Origin: Candidatus Latescibacterota bacterium
GTDB taxonomy: Bacteria; Latescibacterota; UBA2968; GCA-2709665
Length of the DNA stretch: 64,000 nucleotides
Assembly: GCA_965248435.1 (NCBI GenBank)
Contig: OZ252100.1
Span: 4,832,001-4,896,000 of the forward strand
Reading direction: 5' to 3'
Below, piece after piece: positions 10,207-19,976 of the stretch. The translations under genes were made by a program, and so were the position numbers. A model generated the notes under the pieces. That model worked only from the letters and a program-made list of their open reading frames with translations, had not been told where the DNA came from and made no database searches. Every line of letters begins with the position of its first letter. Position 1 is the first letter of the stretch.

Positions 10207-11397
10207 TCAAGCTACGGCAACATGTGCCGGAGGCGCTCGCAGAGGCGCGAGGGTTCCGACTGTGAGCATAGGGCCTCCGCACTGCGCACAGACCTGAAGA
10301 TCGATGCCTGTTACCCGGAACAGAAGGTCCTGCCAGGTCGCCTTTGTGGCTGCGGAAGCCGTCGTGCATACAGTGCCCAGGAGCCTACGGCATCGTGCGA
10401 GCTTTTTCCGGCGACCCCGATTGCTGAGCAGTCCGTAGTGCCGGATCTTCACGAAGCCATCCGGCAGGATGTGAAGCAGGAACCGCCGGATGAACTCGTA
10501 GGCATCGACGGTCATCAGCTTCCGTCGGTTGCCGGCCTGGCGGTCCCGGTAGTGGAATGAGACCCGGTCGCCCTCACAGGCGACCAGCCGGTGGTTGGAG
10601 ATGGCGATCCGGTGCGTGTATCGTCCCAGATAGGCCACGATGCGTTCTGGACCCGCAAAAGTCGGCTTGACGTAAACGGTCCATTCCCTCTGGTAAAGAC
10701 CCCGAAGCAGATCGAAGAACGCATCTTCCAGTGGAGCACTCAATCCCGGGAACGCCAGAAGGCCTTCCTGGTGCGCGTCCTTCAGGAACGCAAGGAACTT
10801 CCCCCGGAACAGTCGGGACAGAACTTTTACGGGTAGAAAGAAGCCCCGTCGCGCCGCCTTCCATTCCTGACCGTCGTGGGTCAGCCCACCTCCAGTTACG
10901 ATACAGTGCAGATGCGGGTGGTCGATGAGTGTCTGAGACCACGTATGAAGCACGGCGGTAAAGCCGATCTGCGCTCCAAGATACTTCCGTTCCCGCGCCA
11001 GCTCCAGAAGACTCTGCGATGCGGCTTTAAACACCAGGTTGTAGATCAGCTTCTGGTTCCGCAGAGCAAGCGGCCGCAGGGGCTCGGGCAACGTGAAGAC
11101 GACGTGGAAGTATGGGATCGGAAGGAGATCCTCTTTACGAGCGTCGATCCATCGTTCGGTCGTCAGGAACTGGCACTTCGTACAGTGCCGGTTGCGGCAG
11201 GAGTTGTAGGCGATCCGCTTCGTTCCGCACTGCCCGCACACTTCCACGTGTCCGCCCAGCGCAGCTGTTCGGCAGATCTGGATGGCTCGCATGGCCCGCT
11301 TCTGCCGAAGCGGCATGTGATCACCGTAGTGTGCTTGATACCCATCTCCGTGGACTCGGAAGATGTCGGCGACTTCGAGAGGCTGTGACATGGCCAA
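10207..11397 (-). CDS. IS91-family (HUH/Y2 rolling-circle) transposase
   Basis: N-terminal Zn finger (CRTAALGG..C..C..YNSCRNRHC..C), HTW..HPHLH HUH motif, YLGRY Y2 motif and KIRHYG. Confidence 0.95.
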   Translation of the reverse strand: MAMSQPLEVADIFRVHGDGYQAHYGDHMPLRQKRAMRAIQICRTAALGGHVEVCGQCGTKRIAYNSCRNRHCTKCQFLTTERWIDARKEDLLPIPYFHVVFTLPEPLRPLALRNQKLIYNLVFKAASQSLLELARERKYLGAQIGFTAVLHTWSQTLIDHPHLHCIVTGGGLTHDGQEWKAARRGFFLPVKVLSRLFRGKFLAFLKDAHQEGLLAFPGLSAPLEDAFFDLLRGLYQREWTVYVKPTFAGPERIVAYLGRYTHRIAISNHRLVACEGDRVSFHYRDRQAGNRRKLMTVDAYEFIRRFLLHILPDGFVKIRHYGLLSNRGRRKKLARCRRLLGTVCTTASAATKATWQDLLFRVTGIDLQVCAQCGGPMLTVGTLAPLRAPPAHVAVA

Positions 11398-11403
11398 CCT
11401 CCG

Positions 11404-12255
11404 CTACAAGGTCGGCTTGTCTTCATCTCCCAAAAGGTCCAGGGGGCTTCTGATACGCGTGAGATCGCGAGTGGTGACGTGGAGGTAGACGGTGGTGGTT
11501 CGCAGGCTCGTGTGACCCAACAGTTGTTGGACGAAACGGACGTCCACTCCGTTGTCCAGAAGATGTGTGGCGAAGCTGTGACGCAGAGAATGGACACTCG
11601 CACGCTTTTGTATCTCGGCGCGTCGGCAGGCCTGCTCGAAGACTTTCTGGACACTGCGGGCGTGGAGCGGTGCATCCGGTCTTTCGCCAGGGAACAGCCA
11701 ATCGCGAGGCTGGTAGCTGCGCCAGTAGACGCGGAGTGCCTTTAACGCCTCCTGGGCCAGAAGCGTCTCTCGCTCTTTTTGGCCTTTGCCCCGCACACGG
11801 ATCAGCATCCGGTCACTGTCGATATCGGAAAGCTTTAGCCCGATGGCCTCACTCAGTCTGAGCCCGCCAGAGTAAATGACCATCAGCAGCGTACGGTGTT
11901 TCAGGTTGTTGGTCCTGTCGATCAGCCGCTGCACTTCCTCTGTGGAGAGTACCACCGGGAGCTTCTTTGCCTTCTTCGCACGAGGGATGCCCCACTCGAC
12001 CCAGTCACGCTTCAACGTCGTTTGGAACAGAAACTTCAGTCCGCTGTATACCTGGTTGACATAGCTTTGGGACAGCTTCCGCTCAGTGATCAGATAGTGC
12101 AGATAGGCGCGGATCTCTTCTTCGCTGAGCCGGTCGGGCGGTGTCTTGCAGTAACGACACAGCCCGGCCACTCCGCTCACGTACGCCTTCTGCGTATCCG
12201 GATCTAAACCTTTCAACTGCATGTCCCGGATCATTCGCTTCCGATGCTTGGTCAT
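11404..12255 (-). CDS. Tyrosine recombinase, integron-integrase-like N-terminus, no IntI-specific insertion
   Basis: KKLPVVLS.EEV, YSGGLRLSE, HSLRHSFATHLL and LLGH...T.VY motifs. At 283 aa it lacks the extra IntI segment before HxLR. Confidence 0.93.
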   Translation of the reverse strand: MTKHRKRMIRDMQLKGLDPDTQKAYVSGVAGLCRYCKTPPDRLSEEEIRAYLHYLITERKLSQSYVNQVYSGLKFLFQTTLKRDWVEWGIPRAKKAKKLPVVLSTEEVQRLIDRTNNLKHRTLLMVIYSGGLRLSEAIGLKLSDIDSDRMLIRVRGKGQKERETLLAQEALKALRVYWRSYQPRDWLFPGERPDAPLHARSVQKVFEQACRRAEIQKRASVHSLRHSFATHLLDNGVDVRFVQQLLGHTSLRTTTVYLHVTTRDLTRIRSPLDLLGDEDKPTL

Positions 12256-12487
12256 GGCTCTCTCCTTCTGCTGATGGTGGACGTTGTTAGCAGAAGGAGG
12301 ATGCGAAGCACAGAGCCATTTGCAAAGTGGCTCCGGACTTGCACGGTATCATATCCTGGTTGTCAAAGAGCAAAGGCCTTGCAGCAGGCCACCGCGAAGC
12401 GGTTTAGTTCAACTTCTGCATTCGCGCACCATGTGCGCAGATTCCACCTGTAGGGCAGATAGAATGCCCTGCCTGAATCCTGCTAAT

Positions 12488-12516
12488 AATATAGAGAATG
12501 CGTATTGGTTCGTGAA
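12488..12516 (-). promoter_or_regulatory. Candidate sigma70 promoter reading into the element and array
   Basis: TTCACG-17 bp-TATATT on the minus strand, about 75 bp upstream of the first GTT core. Confidence 0.35.
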
Positions 12517-12560
12517 CCCAATTCATAATGCGTATGTGTTCTTCCAGATCCAAGAAGCAT

Positions 12561-12596
12561 AAAAAAAGAGGGCGCAACGTTTTCGTTGCGCCCTCG
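12561..12596 (-). terminator. Terminator of the ECF operon
   Basis: GAGGGCGCAACG/CGTTGCGCCCTC hairpin followed by T7 on the minus strand. Confidence 0.85.
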
Positions 12597-12624
12597 CGTT
12601 TCAAAAGATCTGTGTCGCCAGTCG

Positions 12625-13605
12625 TTACTCGGTCGCGGCCCCTCCGTCGAAGCGTCTCTTGAAGTTCGCCTTCAACTCCTCAAGCAGGGCCTTCTGTTCC
12701 TCCGTGAGAAGGCCGCTGATCATTTCCTGGAACTCGTTGCGCAGCGCCTGGACCTGCTCACGCACGGTTCCACGCTCGGCTCCGGCGGCGCGCGCCTCTT
12801 CGATGAGCGCCTTCACCGCAGCCTGCCGATTTTCTTTCAACGCAGTCATCTGCTCCTGCTGATCGGCCGTGAGCCCGAGCTTTTCGGAGATGTCGCCCGC
12901 ACCCCGGGCCCGCTTACCTCTTTTTCCACGTGCGCGGTCATGACGGGCTGATTTCATTTCTTCGAACAGGGCCTTCTGCTCGTCATTCAAGATGCCCAGG
13001 ATCTCTTCGTGAAGCTGATCACCAAGGGCCTGCTTCTGCTCCCTGAAGCTCTCCCGATCGGAGCCTGCTGCCTTCGCCTCTTCGATCAGCGCCTTTATGG
13101 CAGCACCGTGCTCTTCTCGAATGGCCGTGATTGCCTCCTGCTGCTCGCCCGTGAGCCCAAGCCTTTCAGCGAAGTCGCCCGAGCCGCCGGCCCGTTTCCC
13201 TCGCCTCCCGTGTGGGCGGGACTGGCGAGCGGCTTTCAGCTCTTCGAACAGCGCCTTCTGCTCGTCGTTCAGGACAGAAGCGATCCGTTCGTGGAACTGT
13301 TCGCTTAGCGCCCGCTTCTGCTCCCGGAACGTCGCCCGATCGGAACCCGAAGCCTTCGCCTCTTCGATCAGGGCCTTGATGGCGGCCCTCTGCTCCTCCC
13401 GTATGGCGGTGATCGCTTCCTCCTGGTCCTGGGTCAAGCCCAGCTTCTCGGCCAGGCTGCCGCCCGCGGATGTGAAGGCTGCATCCGATTCGCCCGCCAG
13501 CTTTTGAGCCTGTGTGGCCAGGCTGGACGTTGCCGTCTCATTACCGCACCCATATACCCCGATGCCGATCATCAGCAGGGATAGGAAAATCGCTTTGGCT
13601 TTCAT
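12625..13605 (-). CDS. Lipoprotein with three tandem Spy/CpxP (LTXXQ)-like domains
   Basis: Signal peptide with lipobox VYGC. Three repeats of 'EKLGLT.(D/E)Q...AAIKALIEEA(K/R)A.G...L(N/T)(D/E)EQKAL.EE.K' joined by RG-rich linkers. Confidence 0.75.
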   Translation of the reverse strand: MKAKAIFLSLLMIGIGVYGCGNETATSSLATQAQKLAGESDAAFTSAGGSLAEKLGLTQDQEEAITAIREEQRAAIKALIEEAKASGSDRATFREQKRALSEQFHERIASVLNDEQKALFEELKAARQSRPHGRRGKRAGGSGDFAERLGLTGEQQEAITAIREEHGAAIKALIEEAKAAGSDRESFREQKQALGDQLHEEILGILNDEQKALFEEMKSARHDRARGKRGKRARGAGDISEKLGLTADQQEQMTALKENRQAAVKALIEEARAAGAERGTVREQVQALRNEFQEMISGLLTEEQKALLEELKANFKRRFDGGAATE

Positions 13606-13628
13606 GTCGTTCCTCCTTCGCAAAAAGT

Positions 13629-14156
13629 TTACATCTTATCCAAAGGTTCGGTTTCAGCCGCACCGAGATCGGTGTCACCCGGCTGGAACCATCCTCTGTG
13701 TCTTTGTTGTGGCCCCCCACGATGATCGGGTCCGGGACCCCTCATCCGGTGACCTCTCCGATTCATATGCCTGAGCTTTTCCAGCTGCTCCTTCGAAAGG
13801 ATCTTCTTCAGGCTCAGCCTGTGGTCGACCCGGCTTTCGAGCATCTTCGAGCGCGCGCCGTTAACCTGGGCCACCCTTTTCTTCACTTCGGCCCGGTTGG
13901 GATCGGCCGGTTTCATAGACGCGCGCAGGTCGATGCGGGCGACCTGAAGATCCGCTCTGAGGCGAGCCATCTCTTTGGCCCGGGAAAGATGTATATCCTC
14001 CAACTTCCCACGCTGTGCCTCTGTCAGGTCCAGGGCTTCCCAGGCGGGTCCCCCGTGGCCGGAACGCCCACGTTTCTTTCCGTGATCCGCCTCTGCTGCA
14101 GCCGAGATCAGGACCACCGATGCAATTATGGCTGTGATTAAATTCTTGGACATCAT
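13629..14156 (-). CDS. Spy/CpxP/ZraP-like periplasmic protein
   Basis: Signal peptide, LDLTEAQ and ILSKEQ motifs, His/Gly-rich termini. Confidence 0.8.
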   Translation of the reverse strand: MMSKNLITAIIASVVLISAAAEADHGKKRGRSGHGGPAWEALDLTEAQRGKLEDIHLSRAKEMARLRADLQVARIDLRASMKPADPNRAEVKKRVAQVNGARSKMLESRVDHRLSLKKILSKEQLEKLRHMNRRGHRMRGPGPDHRGGPQQRHRGWFQPGDTDLGAAETEPLDKM

Positions 14157-14191
14157 AACGATGCTTCCTTTCCGCTTTTGACTGACGATTT

Positions 14192-14641
14192 TCACCATTT
14201 CCATCCACCTCTCTTTCTCCCTCCGCGTTCGCCCATTTTGCCTCTCATCTTATCCATCCTGCTCGTCATCTTGTCGAACTTCTCCTTCTGCTCCGGAGTC
14301 AGGACCTCTCTGATCTTGGACCTCGTATCGTTCGAAAGCGTGTCCATTTTCCCGCGGACCGCACGCTGAATGTTGTGTGCGCCTTCGCGGCTTTCATCCA
14401 GGATCCGCCGGATCTCCTGCTGCTGGTCTTCGGTCAGGTCCAGCCCTCGAATAAACCGGTGAACCAGCCGGTCACCAACCGGGCGCCCGGGGAACGGCCT
14501 GTCCGCGTATGGAGGCATAAAATGTGGCATGCCCCGGCGGATCAGCACCCATCGCTCGATCGTGGCGCCAACCACGATGCCGAGCAGAAAGATGCCCAGC
14601 CCCAGCAGAACCGCCTTGGTGCGTGAAGATAGGGAGATCAT
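14192..14641 (-). CDS. Membrane-anchored Spy/heavy-metal-sensor-like protein
   Basis: N-terminal TM (IFLLGIVVGA), LDLTEDQ and VLTPEQ motifs. Confidence 0.75.
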   Translation of the reverse strand: MISLSSRTKAVLLGLGIFLLGIVVGATIERWVLIRRGMPHFMPPYADRPFPGRPVGDRLVHRFIRGLDLTEDQQQEIRRILDESREGAHNIQRAVRGKMDTLSNDTRSKIREVLTPEQKEKFDKMTSRMDKMRGKMGERGGRKRGGWKW

Positions 14642-15120
14642 CGGTCACCTCGGTTCGTTCCGGACTCGATCGCGGAGCCCGACAAGAAAAGAATATCGTC
14701 TCGTGAGAGCTCATCTTCGCTCAGAACCACGATCTCGAGGCCCTGCGGATCCCACTGGGCCTCCAGGAAGTCTTCAACAGTGACCTGGGCATCGCTGCCG
14801 TTGGGCGCGGGCAGCAAGACGAACAGGATGACCGCGGCGGCGGCCAGCAGCGGAACGAGGCGCCTGCCTGCCCACTCGAACTGATCCCAGAGGGGAAAGG
14901 TCTTTTCCTTCTGGATGCGTTCCTCCAGACCCTCCCAGAGACCGGGTGCAGGCTCTTCAGGTCTGCTGCCGATCAGTTGCTGGATCCGTTCGAGGTAGGC
15001 CAGTTCCTCTCTGCAGGACTGGCAGTGAGGAAGGTGATCCTCTATCCGACGCATCTCCACCTCGGAGAGATTCTCATCCACGTAGGCCGGAAGCAGGTCG
15101 TTGACGTGGGTTTCGTTCAT
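14638..15120 (-). CDS. zf-HC2 transmembrane anti-sigma factor
   Basis: HLPHCQSC (HxxxCxxC) motif plus one TM helix. Overlaps the sigma gene stop. Confidence 0.88.
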   Translation of the reverse strand: MNETHVNDLLPAYVDENLSEVEMRRIEDHLPHCQSCREELAYLERIQQLIGSRPEEPAPGLWEGLEERIQKEKTFPLWDQFEWAGRRLVPLLAAAAVILFVLLPAPNGSDAQVTVEDFLEAQWDPQGLEIVVLSEDELSRDDILFLSGSAIESGTNRGDR

Positions 15121-15707
15121 GCCGATTCCCTCCCCATCCATTCGTTGTAAATTGGTCGAAGCACGTCTCTCATCTCCGCGCGTGCGCGGGAAAGCCTGGA
15201 CTTAACGGTGCCGACAGAACACCCCATCGTTTCCGAAATCTCTTCCTGCGACAGCCCCTCGATGTCTTTGAGGACGACCACCGTCCGATGGTCCGGCGAA
15301 AGGGTGTTGAGAACGCCCTGGATGATTCGGCTCAACTCTTCTCGCTCCACCTCGCCACCAGGAGCCTCTGAGTCGAACAGGTATTCAGGGACGATATCTC
15401 TCGACCCGGTCATCGTGTCCAGCGAATCCATTTCGACTCCTCGGTTCTCTTTACGAGCGATGTCAAGACAGACGTTCAAGGATACGCGGTAGAGCCAGGT
15501 GTAGAAGGTGGACTTTCCTCGGAATTGGGAAAGGGCCTGATAAGCCTTCAGGAACGCTTCCTGCGCCGCATCCCGGGCGAGTTCGCGGTCTCCGATGATC
15601 GAGCAGGCCAGCGTGTAGATCCTCGCCTCGTAGCGCTCCACGAGGGCCCGGAAGGCCTGGTGATCTCCCTCTTGACTTCGCTTGACGAGCTCCAGCTCTG
15701 CGTCCAT
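15117..15707 (-). CDS. ECF sigma-70 factor (RpoE-like)
   Basis: DAAQEAFLKAY..L.QFRG.STFYTWLYR and GTVKSRLSRAR. Confidence 0.95.
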   Translation of the reverse strand: MDAELELVKRSQEGDHQAFRALVERYEARIYTLACSIIGDRELARDAAQEAFLKAYQALSQFRGKSTFYTWLYRVSLNVCLDIARKENRGVEMDSLDTMTGSRDIVPEYLFDSEAPGGEVEREELSRIIQGVLNTLSPDHRTVVVLKDIEGLSQEEISETMGCSVGTVKSRLSRARAEMRDVLRPIYNEWMGRESA

Positions 15708-15815
15708 TCAGGCTCCCGGAGGCGAATTCCACGTTCGCTGCACCCGGAAAATGAGGCTAACTTACTCACCACAACAAACTTAGAAGCAGCGACCAGGCCT
15801 GTCCGTTCTATAAGA

Positions 15816-15844
15816 TTAGACGGAGGGCGCGGGTATTCCGTTCC
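15816..15844 (-). promoter_or_regulatory. ECF-type autoregulatory promoter
   Basis: GGAAC-17 bp-CGTCTAA upstream of the ECF sigma gene. Confidence 0.65.
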
Positions 15845-15854
15845 ATCCGGACAG

Positions 15855-15885
15855 AAAAAAGGGTGCCCAATTTCGGCACCCTTTC
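15855..15885 (-). terminator. ilvB terminator
   Basis: AAAGGGTGCC/GGCACCCTTT hairpin followed by a T-run. Confidence 0.8.
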
Positions 15886-15904
15886 AACACCGCGCTACCT
15901 GAGT

Positions 15905-17686
<1,782 letters not shown>

Positions 17687-17716
17687 CTGCCTTACCTCCC
17701 TTGCGGAACTGCCATC

Positions 17717-17894
17717 AAAAAACCCGCTACCGAATCCAGTCGGCGGCGGGTTCAAGAACCTGTTTAAGCAGATCGTCCTAGAGACAATCTCGCCAACGAA
17801 TCCCGGTGTCTACACCGACGAGGTCACTTACTACGCCGACTACAGCATACAGGCGGAGTGTCTCAAGGGAGAATCTGGGGAAAAGGGGTTTCAA
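17717..17894 (-). promoter_or_regulatory. ilv transcription attenuator (Val-rich leader peptide plus terminator)
   Basis: Leader ORF ending at 17778 reads ...[29 protein letters not shown] hairpin with T6 follows at 17717-17752. Confidence 0.7.
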
Positions 17895-17964
17895 GCGCTG
17901 ATTCCTAAGCAGATTAACGTGGATTCTCTTGTCGGAGAATAAAATAAAGCAAAGAGCCCCAAAG

Positions 17965-18756
17965 TCAAGCCTTTTCTGCGGTCTTTGAGGCTGAGTTTGT
18001 GTCTCGCTCCAGGTCCTGGATCTGATCTCTGATCGAGGCGGCCTTCTCGAATTCCTCCTGTTCGATGGCCTCTGTAAGATCTTTTTTGAGCTTTTCTGAG
18101 ATGCTGAGCGGGCCCTTCTCTGATATTCCCTGGATGAGTTCCTCGAGGGCCTTCATCGATCGGCTCTTCTCAGCGTGAAACTCTTCAAAATCGATCTCTT
18201 CAAGATTATCGATCCTTTTTCGGGCTTCTTTAGCGATATTCAGTGCAAAGTCGAAATCCTTGTCTCGAGTGGCGAGCGTGGCTCTGGCAACGGCGTGGAT
18301 TCTAATGATGTAAGGCCACCACCGCTCGAGGTTCGCCCTGTCCTCCTCCTCGTCTGCATACCGGTTCACGAAACGGAACAGTTCCATGTTCCTTTCCGTA
18401 TCGCGAACGACCCTCTCATACTCCTCCACCTGAAGGAGGAACACGTAACGCTCATATATCGTGCGACCTTCATCGAATATCTCTTCACACGCTTCCGGAT
18501 TCAGACCGAAACCTTCATCCGAGCCCCGATCCTTCCTGTGTGTTTCAAGGGTATCCTTGAAGTGATCCAGGGCGAATGCCTTATTGTAGGGTCTTTTTCC
18601 ATCGGGCCTTCCGTCCAGTTCCATCTGTAGAACGCCCTGGAAGGGGCCTTGATCGACCCTGACCTGTATCTTTTCCACACCATCCGCGTCAACCACCTTT
18701 CGGACGCTGTCTTTCGGGTCATATGGCCAGTCGTTCAGAAGCTTGGTAATGTCCAT
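17965..18756 (-). CDS. UvrB/UvrC-motif-containing protein
   Basis: C-terminal 'LTEAIEQEEFEKAASIRDQI' and N-terminal 'GVLQMELDGRPDGKRP'. Confidence 0.8.
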   Translation of the reverse strand: MDITKLLNDWPYDPKDSVRKVVDADGVEKIQVRVDQGPFQGVLQMELDGRPDGKRPYNKAFALDHFKDTLETHRKDRGSDEGFGLNPEACEEIFDEGRTIYERYVFLLQVEEYERVVRDTERNMELFRFVNRYADEEEDRANLERWWPYIIRIHAVARATLATRDKDFDFALNIAKEARKRIDNLEEIDFEEFHAEKSRSMKALEELIQGISEKGPLSISEKLKKDLTEAIEQEEFEKAASIRDQIQDLERDTNSASKTAEKA

Positions 18757-18875
18757 TCTCGAATGGCTCCAGGTGCCAGAGACAAATAGATAGACTCCGT
18801 TATCGCAAAAAATCTAAAGCACTTTTTTCGCGAACGCAAGCGGAAACAGGCTGTGATTTAAACGGAGCTTAGTCT

Positions 18876-19012
18876 TGACCGCAGACGACGGACGGCAGAC
18901 AGCAAAATGAGTAGCGCCATCTTTTCACTTTACGCGGTCCGCGGTCCATTGTCTGCGGTCACAGATAGCTTCTTTATGCCTTACCGCCGTGGTCCGCTGT
19001 CTGTCGTCTGCC
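18876..19012. repeat. Intergenic heptamer-based inverted repeat (GACCGCA/GCGGTC type)
   Basis: GACCGCAGACGACGGACGGCAGAC ... GCGGTCCGCGGTCCATTGTCTGCGGTC. A related copy lies at 52829-52989. Confidence 0.6.
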
Positions 19013-19085
19013 TTTCACAGGGCTTGATTTTGATGCCGCACTGCTGTAAGTATTACTTCCTAGAGTTTTGATTCGTGAGAGGAAT

Positions 19086-19976
19086 ATGGACAGAAAATTT
19101 TGTGCGGGTCTGATCCAGATGGCCTGTTCGATCGACATGAAAGAGAATCTGGATCGCGCCCTGTCTATGACCGAGGAGGCAGTGGGTGCCGGCGCGCAGG
19201 TGGTCTGCCTGCAAGAGCTGTTTCGTTCGGCATACTTCTGCCAGGAGGAGGACCTGGACCGTTTCGATCTTGCCGAGTCGATACCCGGTCCGTCCACCGA
19301 GGCCATGGGCAGGCTGGCCCGGAGTGAAGGCGTGGTTCTGGTCGTACCTGTGTTTGAAAGACGCGCGTCGGGACTGTATCACAACAGCGCGGTGATCATC
19401 GACAGCGATGGCGAGATCGTCGGAATCTACCGGAAGATGCACATACCGGACGATCCGGCCTACTACGAGAAGTTCTATTTTACTCCGGGAGACCTCGGTT
19501 TCCAGGTGTTCGAGACACGCGTCGGGCGGATCGGCGTTTTGATCTGCTGGGATCAATGGTACCCGGAGGCCGCTCGACTGACTGCGCTTCGTGGTGCGGA
19601 TATCCTCTTTTACCCGTCCGCGATCGGATGGCATTCAAGAGAGGCGCTCGACCTGGGGCCTGTTTGGAAGGAGGCCTGGCAGACCGTCCAGCGCGGGCAC
19701 GCCGTCGCGAACGGGCTGCACGTGGCGGCAGTGAACCGGGTCGGGATGGAGATTTCTCGGGACGAGGAGGGGATCGAATTCTGGGGGTCTTCCTTTTTCG
19801 CAGACCCGCAGGGGGTCGTTCTGGCCGAAGCCTCGGCATCCCGGGAGGAAATCCTCATGGCCGAGGTTGACCTTGGCAAGCGAGAGGAGGTCAGGCGTAA
19901 CTGGCCATTCTTGAGGGACCGGAGAATCGATGCGTATGGTGGAATCGACGAGCGCTACCTGGACAATCGAGGATGA
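19086..19976 (+). CDS. aguB: N-carbamoylputrescine amidase (carbon-nitrogen hydrolase)
   Basis: CLQELF, YRKMHIPDDP.YYEKFYFTPGD and ICWDQWYPEAAR. Adjacent to agmatine deiminase. Confidence 0.85.
   Translation: MDRKFCAGLIQMACSIDMKENLDRALSMTEEAVGAGAQVVCLQELFRSAYFCQEEDLDRFDLAESIPGPSTEAMGRLARSEGVVLVVPVFERRASGLYHNSAVIIDSDGEIVGIYRKMHIPDDPAYYEKFYFTPGDLGFQVFETRVGRIGVLICWDQWYPEAARLTALRGADILFYPSAIGWHSREALDLGPVWKEAWQTVQRGHAVANGLHVAAVNRVGMEISRDEEGIEFWGSSFFADPQGVVLAEASASREEILMAEVDLGKREEVRRNWPFLRDRRIDAYGGIDERYLDNRG

Larger units (their letters stand above)
9995..12413 (-). mobile_element. Tyrosine recombinase + IS91-type Y2 transposase element with 18-bp imperfect terminal inverted repeats
   Basis: GTTGAACGAAGCCGCTTC (9995-10012) vs the reverse complement of 12396-12413, GTTGAACTAAACCGCTTC (16/18). 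Encloses two co-oriented mobility genes. Confidence 0.85.

Noticed and set aside
11404-12255. Calling the recombinase a bona fide integron integrase (intI) or xerD
   Set aside because: It lacks the IntI-specific insertion, is co-oriented with the cassettes and lies inside the IR-bounded element next to a Y2 transposase.
12404-12604. 66-aa ORF upstream of the element
   Set aside because: It starts inside the terminator hairpin and has no RBS or recognisable motif.
12625-13500. DNA repeats as a CRISPR array or non-coding repeat
   Set aside because: They are in-frame protein domain repeats, with no constant repeat and unique spacer structure.
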